From contig LT642177.1 of NCBI GenBank assembly GCA_900128585.1, forward strand, positions 1-41,518: a stretch of DNA of 41,518 nucleotides, read 5' to 3'. Below the pieces are notes generated by a model that saw only the letters and a program-made list of their open reading frames with translations, ran no database searches and had not been told where the DNA came from. Below, in pieces: positions 31,386 to 40,622 of this stretch; the stretch's first letter is position 1, and every line of letters begins with the position of its first letter. Position numbers and translations under genes: made by a program. The DNA comes from Stramenopiles sp. TOSAG23-3. Taxonomy: Eukaryota.

Positions 31386-32540
31386 ATGAAATCCCTTGCT
31401 TCGATTTCGAGTTTGTCGAGGGCGACCTGCCAGCGTCGAAGCTACCCCACTTTGCCCCGAAGCGTTTCGTCGCAGGCTTCTATACTGGGCTGTGGTTCGA
31501 ATGTTGTGGATGTTTTTTTTCGCGTTCGAGCTATGCCAGTAGCGGGGACGAAGGGTTACTTTCAGGACCCAACGAAGGTTGTGGAAGGAACTGTCGTAGG
31601 CGGGGTCACGCTCAACCATCTCTGCTGGGCCGCTGCCTTAGGGGCCCCGACGGGCCTTCTGGCGCTGCAGGGAAACGATGACCTGGGCGTCACCATCCGA
31701 GACAAACTGGGAGACATCGGCGTTTCAACGGAGCACATAAAACACGGACCGGACTATGCTACGTCTGTCTCACACATATTGCTCGACAGAGATGGGGAGC
31801 GGGCAATTATCATGGCCCCGGCCTCGACGGGAGAGATCAGCGGGGACGCTTTCAGAGAACATTTTGGAGAAGCTGTCTCCAGTCCAAATTGTAAGATTGC
31901 GACGACAGAGATCTCCCAGTTGCCGCTCTCAGGGGTGCAAATGATGCTGGATTTGGCGAGGGATTCGAACACCATGAGCTTTCTTGACGTGGACGTTCCT
32001 CCAACTGTTGCTGTTGGAGATGCCGATTTGGGAAACTTGACGGAACTCTATCAATGCGTGACTTCGTGTGACGTGTTGAAGCCGACGTTGGAGGCCGCTG
32101 GGGAGCTGCTTGCACTTGCAAACAGCAAAGGGGCGTCATGCAATCCAGACGATGTCGAGTTAGACGATGCATTAACCGACGTTGCGATACAACTATTGGA
32201 TGCGTATAACCCAAAGATGGTTGCCGTTACGGACGGTAAACGAGGTTGTGGCCTGGCCGTCCGCGGGAGCAATGGCAACCCCGTGGCCGTGGAAGTGCCA
32301 GGGTTTGATGGCATCGACCAAGTCGATGCTACAGGTGCTGGAGATGCCTTCTTCGGTGGGCTTGTTGCCAGTGTTTATCGGAACGGTTTTCCGTCGACAG
32401 CAGAAGAAATGAAGATTATCGGAGAAGTGGCAGGGGCAGCAGGTGGAGCGTGCTGTGAAGTTCTTGGTGCGCTTCCTGAGCCAGGTGTAAGCACGGACCG
32501 TATGGTAGAATTGGTCCCGGAGGTAAAGTCTTGGTTGTGA
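31386..32540 (+). CDS. PfkB/ribokinase-family carbohydrate kinase, predicted mitochondrial presequence (384 aa)
   Basis: GSNVVD, GGVTLN, DGERAI, VTDGKRG, and the VDATGAGDAFFGG PfkB signature. N-terminus MKSLASISSLSRATCQRRSY. Confidence 0.9.
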   Translation: MKSLASISSLSRATCQRRSYPTLPRSVSSQASILGCGSNVVDVFFRVRAMPVAGTKGYFQDPTKVVEGTVVGGVTLNHLCWAAALGAPTGLLALQGNDDLGVTIRDKLGDIGVSTEHIKHGPDYATSVSHILLDRDGERAIIMAPASTGEISGDAFREHFGEAVSSPNCKIATTEISQLPLSGVQMMLDLARDSNTMSFLDVDVPPTVAVGDADLGNLTELYQCVTSCDVLKPTLEAAGELLALANSKGASCNPDDVELDDALTDVAIQLLDAYNPKMVAVTDGKRGCGLAVRGSNGNPVAVEVPGFDGIDQVDATGAGDAFFGGLVASVYRNGFPSTAEEMKIIGEVAGAAGGACCEVLGALPEPGVSTDRMVELVPEVKSWL

Positions 32541-32634
32541 AAAGGGAAAAAAGCTCCCCGAACTCTGACAGAAAATGTTTCAAATCTGAGACACCAATAG
32601 GTTAGGGTGTAAAGAGTAAAAAATACTTAAATAA

Positions 32635-32751
32635 AAAACAAGAAAATTGGCTGTTATTTATTAAGTCAATACTTAAAACAAGAAAAATTTGGCTGTTATT
32701 TTTTATAGTAAATTAAAATTAAAGAAAAAAAGAAGGTGTCAGTTCAAGAAC
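32635..32751. repeat. Dispersed modular repeat family, locus 3
   Basis: Core motif at 32635 and 32675, followed by AATTAAAATTAAAG(A)nGAAGGTGTCAGTTCAA as at about 10094-10136. Confidence 0.8.
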
Positions 32752-32776
32752 AATGTCTCCTCCAATTACGGATCCT

Positions 32777-32991
32777 CCCCAAGTTCTGGTCAAGATTCCA
32801 ACTGGCAAGTAAACAGCGGCTTATTTTTTTTTGAGGTGCTCGTNNNNNNNNNNNNNNNNNNNNNNNNNNNNNNNNNNNNNNNNNNNNNNNNNNNNNNNNN
32901 NNNNNNNNNNNNNNNATTTTCCACTTCAGGGCGTATTCGTATGTCTCCCCCAAGTTCTGGTCAAGATTCCAACTGGCAAGTAAACAGCGGC
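32777..32991 (+). repeat. 44-bp direct repeat flanking a 72-N assembly gap (32844-32915)
   Basis: ccccaagttctggtcaagattccaactggcaagtaaacagcggc at 32777-32820 and 32948-32991. Confidence 0.9.
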
Positions 32992-33154
32992 ATACTTATT
33001 AAATATTCTTTTAAAAAACAAAATACTAAATAATTGAAAAAACAAATTATATAGTATGCCTAAATAATTGATATAAAAGCTTATTTAACTATATATTTCG
33101 TCATCTATAAAAACAAGAACCTTACATGTGCGTGCCACCTCTAGTGAACCAACG

Positions 33155-34726
33155 CTACGCTCTGGTGTGAGGTCTCGGATTTGCCTGGCTTCGATCGAAG
33201 CAATCTCCCGAGACCACAAATCGCTGCATAATGATATTCACATCCTGATTACAGTCTTTGTATTCTTTTAATGTTTTAGAAGGGTTCTCCAAAAGTTGAT
33301 GACACGCTTTGTTTCCTTTTATGGCCGCCCAGTCCAGCGGCGTTCTCCCCCAGCTGTCTTCCATCCCCAGCGACTCGTCGTCTACGTCTGAAAGCAAGTA
33401 AGGGATCAGATGGGGGCTATTGTCGCTTGCTGCGCAATGCAGGAGCGTCCATGTGTTGTATCTCCAGGTTTTCACCACTTCGACCCCTACCCGCTCGCAC
33501 ATCCACCGCACGACCGCCTCTGTTGCGCCCCATCGGACGGCGTTAAATATTGGGCGGTTGCTGTGCTCCTGCTTCTGCAGGGCACCCTCCCCCTCCCTTT
33601 CAACCAACTCTTGGACCAGATCAACCGAGGTCGTAGCCCATTTCTTCCCAATGGCGTGAAGACTATTTATCATGTGGCCATACCTTATTGTATGTTTTTG
33701 ACCGCTTTCTGCACTTGCCTTCGCTTTTCGCTTATTTCTCTCGTGTTTAAATTTGTCAAGGGTGGCTACAGGATTCTCCAAATGCCCGGTCGCAGTCCCG
33801 AGTTTATGGTGTTTAGCAAGGTCCAGCGGTATTCGGCCTCGTTTGTCCTTACTTACGCACGACCCTGGACTAGCAAAGATCAGGTATGGGACCAAGTGTT
33901 GGCTCTTCTTGTTTGAAGCAGCGTGATGCAGCAGCGAACATTCCGTGTCGTCTTTCCATTCCACCATGCGGGTTTTACCAGTATGCCTTCCTATAAATTC
34001 AACTACACCCAGAGGGGCGCCGTACGCTATTGCATAGTAAATGGGATATTCACGGTAGGTGCCCCCCCTTCTTACAACGGCTTTCGGGTCCTTTTTCAAA
34101 AAAGCTTCTACGTGGTCGATGGATGTGTTTTGCCATTTAAGTGAACTTTCGTGAACTGTTTTGATCATTTTTTCCCGTCGTAGCTTGTGCTCTATCATCA
34201 TTGCTACTGCATGCCCCATTGCTTTTTGGCGCGCCCATTCGATCGGGGTCCGCCCCCAAGTGTCTTGAACGTTCACTGCTTCAGGGTCAATAGACAATAA
34301 ATACTTCATTAGATGTACATGGCCATTCAGGACCGCATCATGCAGAAGGGTACGACCCGCAAAGCCGCGCAAAGCTTTTGATTCATCGCTTCCGGTGCGA
34401 TCTCCAATCCATTGGACAATATCCAGCGACGCTCCACCTCCCACGGCGTAGTATAACGGAAGTTGAAAGTCTTTCCCACCGCGGGTTATAAATGCCCTCC
34501 CGTCGTTGGTGTCCTGGGAAAGCTGCGAGACATGCTCTACACTGGTGGCCTGCCAGCGCTCTATAGTATTATGTTTGAAACCTGGGCTATAAGTACCCGA
34601 AACACCACCGTCATATAGCGACTTCACCATCTGTTTGTTTGCAGGCTCTAGCAATCTAATGTTCTCTTTATACATTGCAACAGTCTTGGTTGGATCAATG
34701 AGCACATCAATCAAGTCATCTTTACC
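33155..34726 (-). CDS. Ankyrin-repeat protein made of three tandem modules, apparently 5'-truncated
   Basis: Three copies of WxxTSxxxV...P[IL][YF]xA...GA...LLHxA...HLxxYL...DxxGRxP[IL]xxA. The ORF begins with the tail of a fourth module. First ATG at 34675. Confidence 0.75.
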   Translation of the reverse strand, partial: GKDDLIDVLIDPTKTVAMYKENIRLLEPANKQMVKSLYDGGVSGTYSPGFKHNTIERWQATSVEHVSQLSQDTNDGRAFITRGGKDFQLPLYYAVGGGASLDIVQWIGDRTGSDESKALRGFAGRTLLHDAVLNGHVHLMKYLLSIDPEAVNVQDTWGRTPIEWARQKAMGHAVAMMIEHKLRREKMIKTVHESSLKWQNTSIDHVEAFLKKDPKAVVRRGGTYREYPIYYAIAYGAPLGVVEFIGRHTGKTRMVEWKDDTECSLLHHAASNKKSQHLVPYLIFASPGSCVSKDKRGRIPLDLAKHHKLGTATGHLENPVATLDKFKHERNKRKAKASAESGQKHTIRYGHMINSLHAIGKKWATTSVDLVQELVEREGEGALQKQEHSNRPIFNAVRWGATEAVVRWMCERVGVEVVKTWRYNTWTLLHCAASDNSPHLIPYLLSDVDDESLGMEDSWGRTPLDWAAIKGNKACHQLLENPSKTLKEYKDCNQDVNIIMQRFVVSGDCFDRSQANPRPHTRA

Positions 34727-35058
34727 GGCTCGTTACCTTCACGTCAGGCTTTGAAAACCCTCACCGGGTGGAAATTGTCCAGCATGGAACGAGGCTCACA
34801 CTGGCCATGTGGTTCACGTGTTCAAAACAACACGCTTATTCCGTTGAAAAAAGCAATGGTGATGAGGCAGACCTTGGGGAAGAGCCAAGCAATGTTAAGC
34901 GTAAATCGATGACGGCAGATACATTGACGTTGCAGCATGGGGCATTGGTGGATTTGCAAGCAATGGTCGTGCAAAATCAAGACGACATCAGAAGTCTTCG
35001 AGCCGAGGTGAGAAGTCTCAGGGAAGAGTTAAACCTCCAGGGGAACGCTGAGTTGTAG
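34726..35058 (+). pseudogene. 3' fragment of a 2OG-Fe(II) oxygenase (prolyl 3-hydroxylase/OGFOD3-like) with a coiled-coil tail
   Basis: The frame reads RLVTFTSGFENPHRVEIVQHGTRLTLAMWFTC (distal His and 2OG-binding Arg). The HxD-containing N-terminal part is absent, and there is an in-frame TGA at 34699. Confidence 0.7.
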
Positions 35059-35304
35059 GACTAGGTTTACTCTTGCGTGCACGTGATGTATTAATATTTA
35101 TAATATATTACGAGTACCTAATATTATTTTTGTTTTATGATAAATTAATTTTGAAAAAATTACGTTTTTAATTTTAATTGTCAAATTTAATTTTCAAGTC
35201 GAAACTTTGTCCCGGCTGGGTTAGCTGTCAAGTGCTCTTCTAAATATATTTGCGAACAGCTCATTTTTTATATACAATGTCTTGGGCCCGTTGGGATTAA
35301 ACTA

Positions 35305-36117
35305 CTAGGGGCTTCTATTTTCTTGCTGTTTTTTGCCGTACTTTGGTTTCAGGTAGTTCAGCTTGCGCAGCGGATCTAGTGTGAATTTCATCGATGGACG
35401 GCGAGAGATCGATCGCATGGCCTTCTTGGGCCCGTCTTGGCAGTTTTGTTTAGGGTTTTGGTACCCGGCGCACCGGGGTGTCAATTTGTTTGGGCTCTTC
35501 AGGTTTCGCAATGGATCCATGGTAAATTTAAAGCTGGCCCTTCTCTTCTTTGCTTTGAAGTACTTTCCATAAGGGCTGGATACAATTGGTTTGCCATAGA
35601 CACCGAGTAGTGTCTTTTCATTCTTGTCTTTCTTCCGTGCGCCGAATGTTTCCGCTTTCTCGTCGGCCTCGTCCCTTTTGTGCTGCGCTTCGACTTGAGA
35701 AGTGATGTACTGGCGACACTTGTCCAGCTCCATACTTTTTTTTGAGATAGGCGTATTTGTTGCCGGGCCGCTGACGTACTGAGTAGCTACGATTTGTAGA
35801 GGAGGCACCTCCAAGACCTTCTTCGTGGTGTCTTTCTGGACTGTCGGTGTTGCGACGTAGACGTAGGGCGACATTCGCTTCTTCGCCGCGGTCCTCATTT
35901 GCCCGTTTGTGCTGTTGGCGACTGGTTTCAAAGCAATGCGTTCAGATTTGCTTGAAACCAGCTTTTCTTTAGCTAAATTGCCGGAAAACTTAGGTCTTAT
36001 TTCCGAGAGATCTGCGTTGTACCCGAGAGCGTTAGATTTAGGGAGCTCTTTAAGTTTCCTCATGGCCATATTTTCTTTGTCCTCACCATTCGTTGGGCGA
36101 TCGACATCTTTCATCAT
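35305..36117 (-). CDS. Hypothetical basic, probably disordered protein with a duplicated C-terminal motif
   Basis: Long open frame with coding-like GC. RRASFKFTMDPLRNL and RRPSMKFTLDPLRKL. First ATG at 36117. Confidence 0.7.
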   Translation of the reverse strand: MMKDVDRPTNGEDKENMAMRKLKELPKSNALGYNADLSEIRPKFSGNLAKEKLVSSKSERIALKPVANSTNGQMRTAAKKRMSPYVYVATPTVQKDTTKKVLEVPPLQIVATQYVSGPATNTPISKKSMELDKCRQYITSQVEAQHKRDEADEKAETFGARKKDKNEKTLLGVYGKPIVSSPYGKYFKAKKRRASFKFTMDPLRNLKSPNKLTPRCAGYQNPKQNCQDGPKKAMRSISRRPSMKFTLDPLRKLNYLKPKYGKKQQENRSP

Positions 36118-37192
36118 GTGGTCAGAATATTTCGGGATCAAAATGTTTCTTAAGTTCGGGAACAAGTGTTACGGAAAGTAAACGTTACTATTTTTATTTT
36201 TGTTTCTAGGTATAAAGTCTTGCGCTTAATAATCTGTGGCTTTATTGCAAAAGTTTTGCTGTTGTTTGTCAAATTCTTGTCGTAATATAGACTAATAGTT
36301 GTGCATGAAGAGTTTTACCAGTTTTGCGGTGCTCCAATATAGATAGGTAGGAGTATCAGTCACAAAGAAGAATATTGTTTCGTCTTTTTTTTTTTTTACC
36401 AAGAATATAACAATAGCATAGCAACAGCAAGGAGATGAAGAAGAAAAAAGAATTTCAATTTGAGAAGTCTTTATACAATGCTGTGTACCTTTCTACGCAT
36501 CCACTTTCTTCTTTTTTTTACTATTATTATAATAATAAATATAACTCTATTATTTTATAACCCAATTCATAGTCTAGTGTGTAATAATAGAAATAACTTT
36601 TAGTCTGATTATTAGGTATACAGCATTGCTTTATTTTTACTTTTTATTATTGCGAAGAAGGAAAAAAGATGACCTCCTCCTCCCTCCTCCCTCCTCCCAC
36701 ACAAAAACAAAATAAAAAAATATTCAGACGACTTGATCTTTCTTTCTTTCTGCTTTCTGCTAGTCTAGCTAGACAATAATAATATTATTTCTTTCTTCTT
36801 GATGCTGTGATGATATTGTTTTTGTTTGTGGACGTCCACGAACAAAATCAACGCAGGCGACGACCAAAGATCGCCACAAACAACATCATCGAATCATCCT
36901 CATTCTTTATAATATGTACTCAAGTATTTACTACGTGGTTTATTTAGATTATAATAATAATATAGTAATAGCAGCTACGTAACTTCGATTCTTGGTTGGT
37001 TTACGATTCACGGAACATTTCAATAATATAAAGAAGAGTATTTTTTGGCGGTATTTATTATGATGTAAGATTGTTCCATATCGACCAACAAGTCGTTTGG
37101 ATTGTTCAAAATTTCCGAGAAAAGATCGACAATTGTAATAGAATCTGGTTTGTGGTGCTAGAAGAAATTACGAAAACTCTCACATAGTAAAG

Positions 37193-38605
37193 ATGTACTT
37201 GTTGCTCTCGTTGTTACTCCTTTGTTTCCTAGGCCTTTCTCAACAGGCTGAGATCGTCGTGACCCCAGAACAGTTTGGTGCTGTCGGCGATGGTAAGTCC
37301 AGTGACTGGCTTCCGATACAAAAGACACTGGCGTTCTGCTCCACAGTCGTTTACAAAGAAAGCACGGCTCTTGTACGCAGCAATGACGACCAAAGTAGTA
37401 CGTGGTGTCGTGTCCGTTTTTCCAAGTCCTACGTCTCGGGACCGCTGATCATTAACAGCTCGCGGACTACTCTAGAGATTATGCAAGGGGCAGAAATTGT
37501 GATGCTCCCGAAATCTGACTATGAAACTGCTTGTCCACAGACAGGTTGCCCCTTTATTTCCACATCAACCGGGCGAGGGTGCCATACAATTTACCCCAAC
37601 CCCAACGCACCTACGGACGGGTATAAAGTGTGCCTCTCCGATATCACCATTACAGGCGAGGGCACCATAGACGGGGCAGCCACTTGGGATCCGAGCAGTT
37701 GGTGGCTGTGTGCAAGGCTGCAGCTTAATAATTGCTGGCGGCCAATCTTGAATCACTTGACAAATGTTCATCGACTTACTGTCAATGGATCATTGACCAT
37801 GAAAAATGCACCGACGGGGTTCTTGAGACTGAATGAAAACATAGAGACGAGGGTGTCCGGTGTGAATTTCAACGCGCCATACTTCACTCGAAACACGGAC
37901 GGGATCAATGTCTACGGTGGCTTCGACACACTTCTCGAGAATTCGGTAATCGACAACGGCGACGATTGCGTCTCCATCGTCCCTACTGGTGAGTGGATCG
38001 ATAACGGAAATTTTTGCTTCAAGGACCCATCTAATATTCTTTGCAGCGGCGGCCATGCGATTATTCGAAACTTTACTTGCAACGGTGGGCACGGGTTATC
38101 TATCGGTGGAATTCGGCATGGGACCGTAAAAAACGTGACATTTTCGAACATCACCGCGACAGGTGGGCAGAAAGGAAGCACGCAAGATGGCGCAGCTGGT
38201 GGAGGGTGCAGGATCAAGAGCCGGCCCAACTCTACGGGGACCGTAAGGGATATACGCTACGAGAACATGGTATTTTATAAGGTCTACTGGCCCCTCCAGT
38301 TGCTTGGTCATTACTGTCCTTTCCCGTGCCATCAGCCGAACGGGAATACAAGCACGCTCTTCACCAACATCTCTTTCGAGGGTGTGAGAGGTAGCACTAG
38401 CCAGAAGAGCCTTGTCCCGTTTGCCCAGACACCAGTGGCTCAGTTCAAGTGCACGAAGTATACCCCTTGCCGAAATATTACCATGCGCAAAGTCACTTTA
38501 ACCGACCGCGACGGGAAGAAAGGGAAGCTTGAATGTGAAAATGTTGCCAGTGTGAGCATCGACAATGCTTCCTCACCAAACGCGTGCACAGATGGACGGA
38601 AGTAA
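37193..38605 (+). CDS. Secreted GH28 polygalacturonase with canonical motifs (470 aa)
   Basis: Signal peptide MYLLLSLLLLCFLGLSQQA. FGAVGDG, NTDG, GDD, GHG and RIK are all present. Cys-rich. Confidence 0.93.
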   Translation: MYLLLSLLLLCFLGLSQQAEIVVTPEQFGAVGDGKSSDWLPIQKTLAFCSTVVYKESTALVRSNDDQSSTWCRVRFSKSYVSGPLIINSSRTTLEIMQGAEIVMLPKSDYETACPQTGCPFISTSTGRGCHTIYPNPNAPTDGYKVCLSDITITGEGTIDGAATWDPSSWWLCARLQLNNCWRPILNHLTNVHRLTVNGSLTMKNAPTGFLRLNENIETRVSGVNFNAPYFTRNTDGINVYGGFDTLLENSVIDNGDDCVSIVPTGEWIDNGNFCFKDPSNILCSGGHAIIRNFTCNGGHGLSIGGIRHGTVKNVTFSNITATGGQKGSTQDGAAGGGCRIKSRPNSTGTVRDIRYENMVFYKVYWPLQLLGHYCPFPCHQPNGNTSTLFTNISFEGVRGSTSQKSLVPFAQTPVAQFKCTKYTPCRNITMRKVTLTDRDGKKGKLECENVASVSIDNASSPNACTDGRK

Positions 38606-38771
38606 CTTGTGATTTGGAAATTTGCGAAGGAACAACAGGGGTGAAGGATTCTAAGTGCAAAATAGGTCAGTTACGAGTTAGAAGTGAGGAGATTCTTTTA
38701 TTTTAAATGTTTTTAAACAAGAAAATGATCTTAAACTAGCAGTAGCGGAGTCACGCGACGTGCTGTACGAT

Positions 38772-39356
38772 CTAACGTCGACCAGAAAATGACATTGGAA
38801 AATCTCCCCGATTAACAGGGTTGCCTCTGCCCCTCCCCCTTCCACGGCCTCGGCCACGGCCCCGCCCACGGCCCCGCCCCCTTCCACGGCCTCGGCCACC
38901 TCGCCCTCTTCCATTATTTTCCCCTCCACGACCACCGCGTTGGTGCCCCCTTTGAAATCTATTAAACCCATTCCACCGATTTTTGTTTTTACCCCTTTCT
39001 CGGGCCATCACGCTTCCTAAATTTGCAAACAGACCGGGAATTTTAGAAAAAGCTTCTTGCACCGTGGTCCCACCCCCGAGTTGTTCCCAGGGATCTTCAA
39101 AAACGGACTCTTCAGAGGAGGCCCGGGGGCGCTTTTTTCTATTAAAGTCTGGTTGTCCATCCGCTTTTTTGAGACTTTCCACAGAAAAAGGGTTTGTATC
39201 ATCCGAACGAATGGCCCTGGAATATTGAACGTTAGGGCTGGCCCCAGGATGCGACTGTTCGTATTGCCTAATGAACTGGGCCGGGTCCAAGAGAGGCGGC
39301 GGTGCACTGCCTTCTTTGATACCTTGTTGGTCTTCTTCAGTAGTACGGTCAACCAT
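38772..39356 (-). CDS. Small RG/RGG-repeat protein, probably RNA-binding (194 aa)
   Basis: C-terminal (GR)n tract, RKKRPR NLS-like motif, and SVFEDPW motif. Confidence 0.7.
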   Translation of the reverse strand: MVDRTTEEDQQGIKEGSAPPPLLDPAQFIRQYEQSHPGASPNVQYSRAIRSDDTNPFSVESLKKADGQPDFNRKKRPRASSEESVFEDPWEQLGGGTTVQEAFSKIPGLFANLGSVMARERGKNKNRWNGFNRFQRGHQRGGRGGENNGRGRGGRGRGRGRGRGRGRGRGRGRGRGRGNPVNRGDFPMSFSGRR

Positions 39357-39836
39357 GACAAAAACAAACTAATCCAAAAATCTCACGCCGGTCAAACGAT
39401 ATTCAAAAATAAAATGAATTATCTTGTACCTCCTGTAAAATTAATTTCTAATTACATGATAATAAGAAATCCCTTCTTTTCGTTCGACATCTTATTCTTC
39501 AGAATTTAATATTCAACGTGTAATAACAACGGACAACACAACAAAGTCTTTTTTTTTTAAAGAGAAGAAGTCTCCTAGTAGTTAAATATTTATTCGAATT
39601 ATAATACATACGAGGAGGTGGTAATCCAATGGTATTATAAAACACAACAACAACAAAATTGTTTTATAGGAAGATATTATGGGGAACAATGTACAGGTAC
39701 ACACTGTATTTATTAGACTCACAACTATAAAAAAACCAACAACAAAAAATGAAAATAAAAGAGTATGGTAGAGCTATGAAGATAAAAGATAATATTAAGG
39801 CGAACAATTCACCCCTACAATATGTTGTATTTCTGT

Positions 39837-40622
39837 TTACTTTGATGCCTTGTTCGGATGAAAGTCTAGGAGGAGTTTCTTCATTGTCAACTCCTGGAGG
39901 AGCTCCAGCAAGTTCGAAACGATGAACGTACTCTGGCTTCCCAGTGGCCTCCATGTACGAATCATTGCATTTTTCAGCTTCACTGTCTGGCCCGTTTCAA
40001 CGCTAAAAACATCCAGCACGAAATCTTTGTCGTACGAAGTTGTAATTAAAAAAACTCCTGGCCGTTTTGAAGCGAAAGTGTAATGCACGCGCTTCCTTAT
40101 ATCTTCACCATTTTTCTCGGCCTTATCTTCGTTGTGGTTGTCTTGTAGTCCTGTGACGTCCACCATCACTACTATGTCCTTCTGCTGCATTTCCATGTAG
40201 GAAAAGCAGCGGAAGGGGGGCCACAATGTAGTAAAGAATTCATCGTCGTTTATTCCCACCGCGTCGTTGTCGTTGCTGGCCGCTGAGTCTTTTGCTATCC
40301 CGTGACCCAGTTTTCCATCTCGTGGGTCACCCCACATATATAACGTCCCACCTGCAGAAATGGCCGCGCTGTGGTTGTGTCCGGCGGACACATGCACAAA
40401 CGCTTCCCGTACTACCAATATTTTTCTCGGGACAATTTCGTTTCCAGGAGTCAACGACGACTCTTTCACCTCATCGTTAGATGCATTTCCCAATTGACCT
40501 TGGCTTCCTGCGCCACACGAATAAAGATCCCCGGTGTCTAACGCAAACAGGGTATGTTCGCCCCCACCGGCCACCTGGCCAAACCATGATCTGGCTAAAT
40601 TTCCAGCCGGAACCTCACTCAT
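39837..40622 (-). CDS. RCC1-repeat protein with an IQGAP/RasGAP C-terminal-like domain, possibly missing 5' exons
   Basis: QVAGGGEHTLFA..GDLYSCGAGSQGQLG and VSAGHNHSAAI..GTLYMWGDPRDGKLGHG. The C-terminus (PFRCFSYMEMQQKDIVV...YTFASKRPGVF...FIVSNLLELL) resembles the IQGAP C-terminal domain. The ATG directly follows AATAG. Confidence 0.65.
   Translation of the reverse strand: MSEVPAGNLARSWFGQVAGGGEHTLFALDTGDLYSCGAGSQGQLGNASNDEVKESSLTPGNEIVPRKILVVREAFVHVSAGHNHSAAISAGGTLYMWGDPRDGKLGHGIAKDSAASNDNDAVGINDDEFFTTLWPPFRCFSYMEMQQKDIVVMVDVTGLQDNHNEDKAEKNGEDIRKRVHYTFASKRPGVFLITTSYDKDFVLDVFSVETGQTVKLKNAMIRTWRPLGSQSTFIVSNLLELLQELTMKKLLLDFHPNKASK

Noticed and set aside
32730-32991. snRNA, tRNA or 5S gene
   Set aside because: No match to U1, U2, U4, U5, U6, 5S or tRNA hallmarks on either strand.
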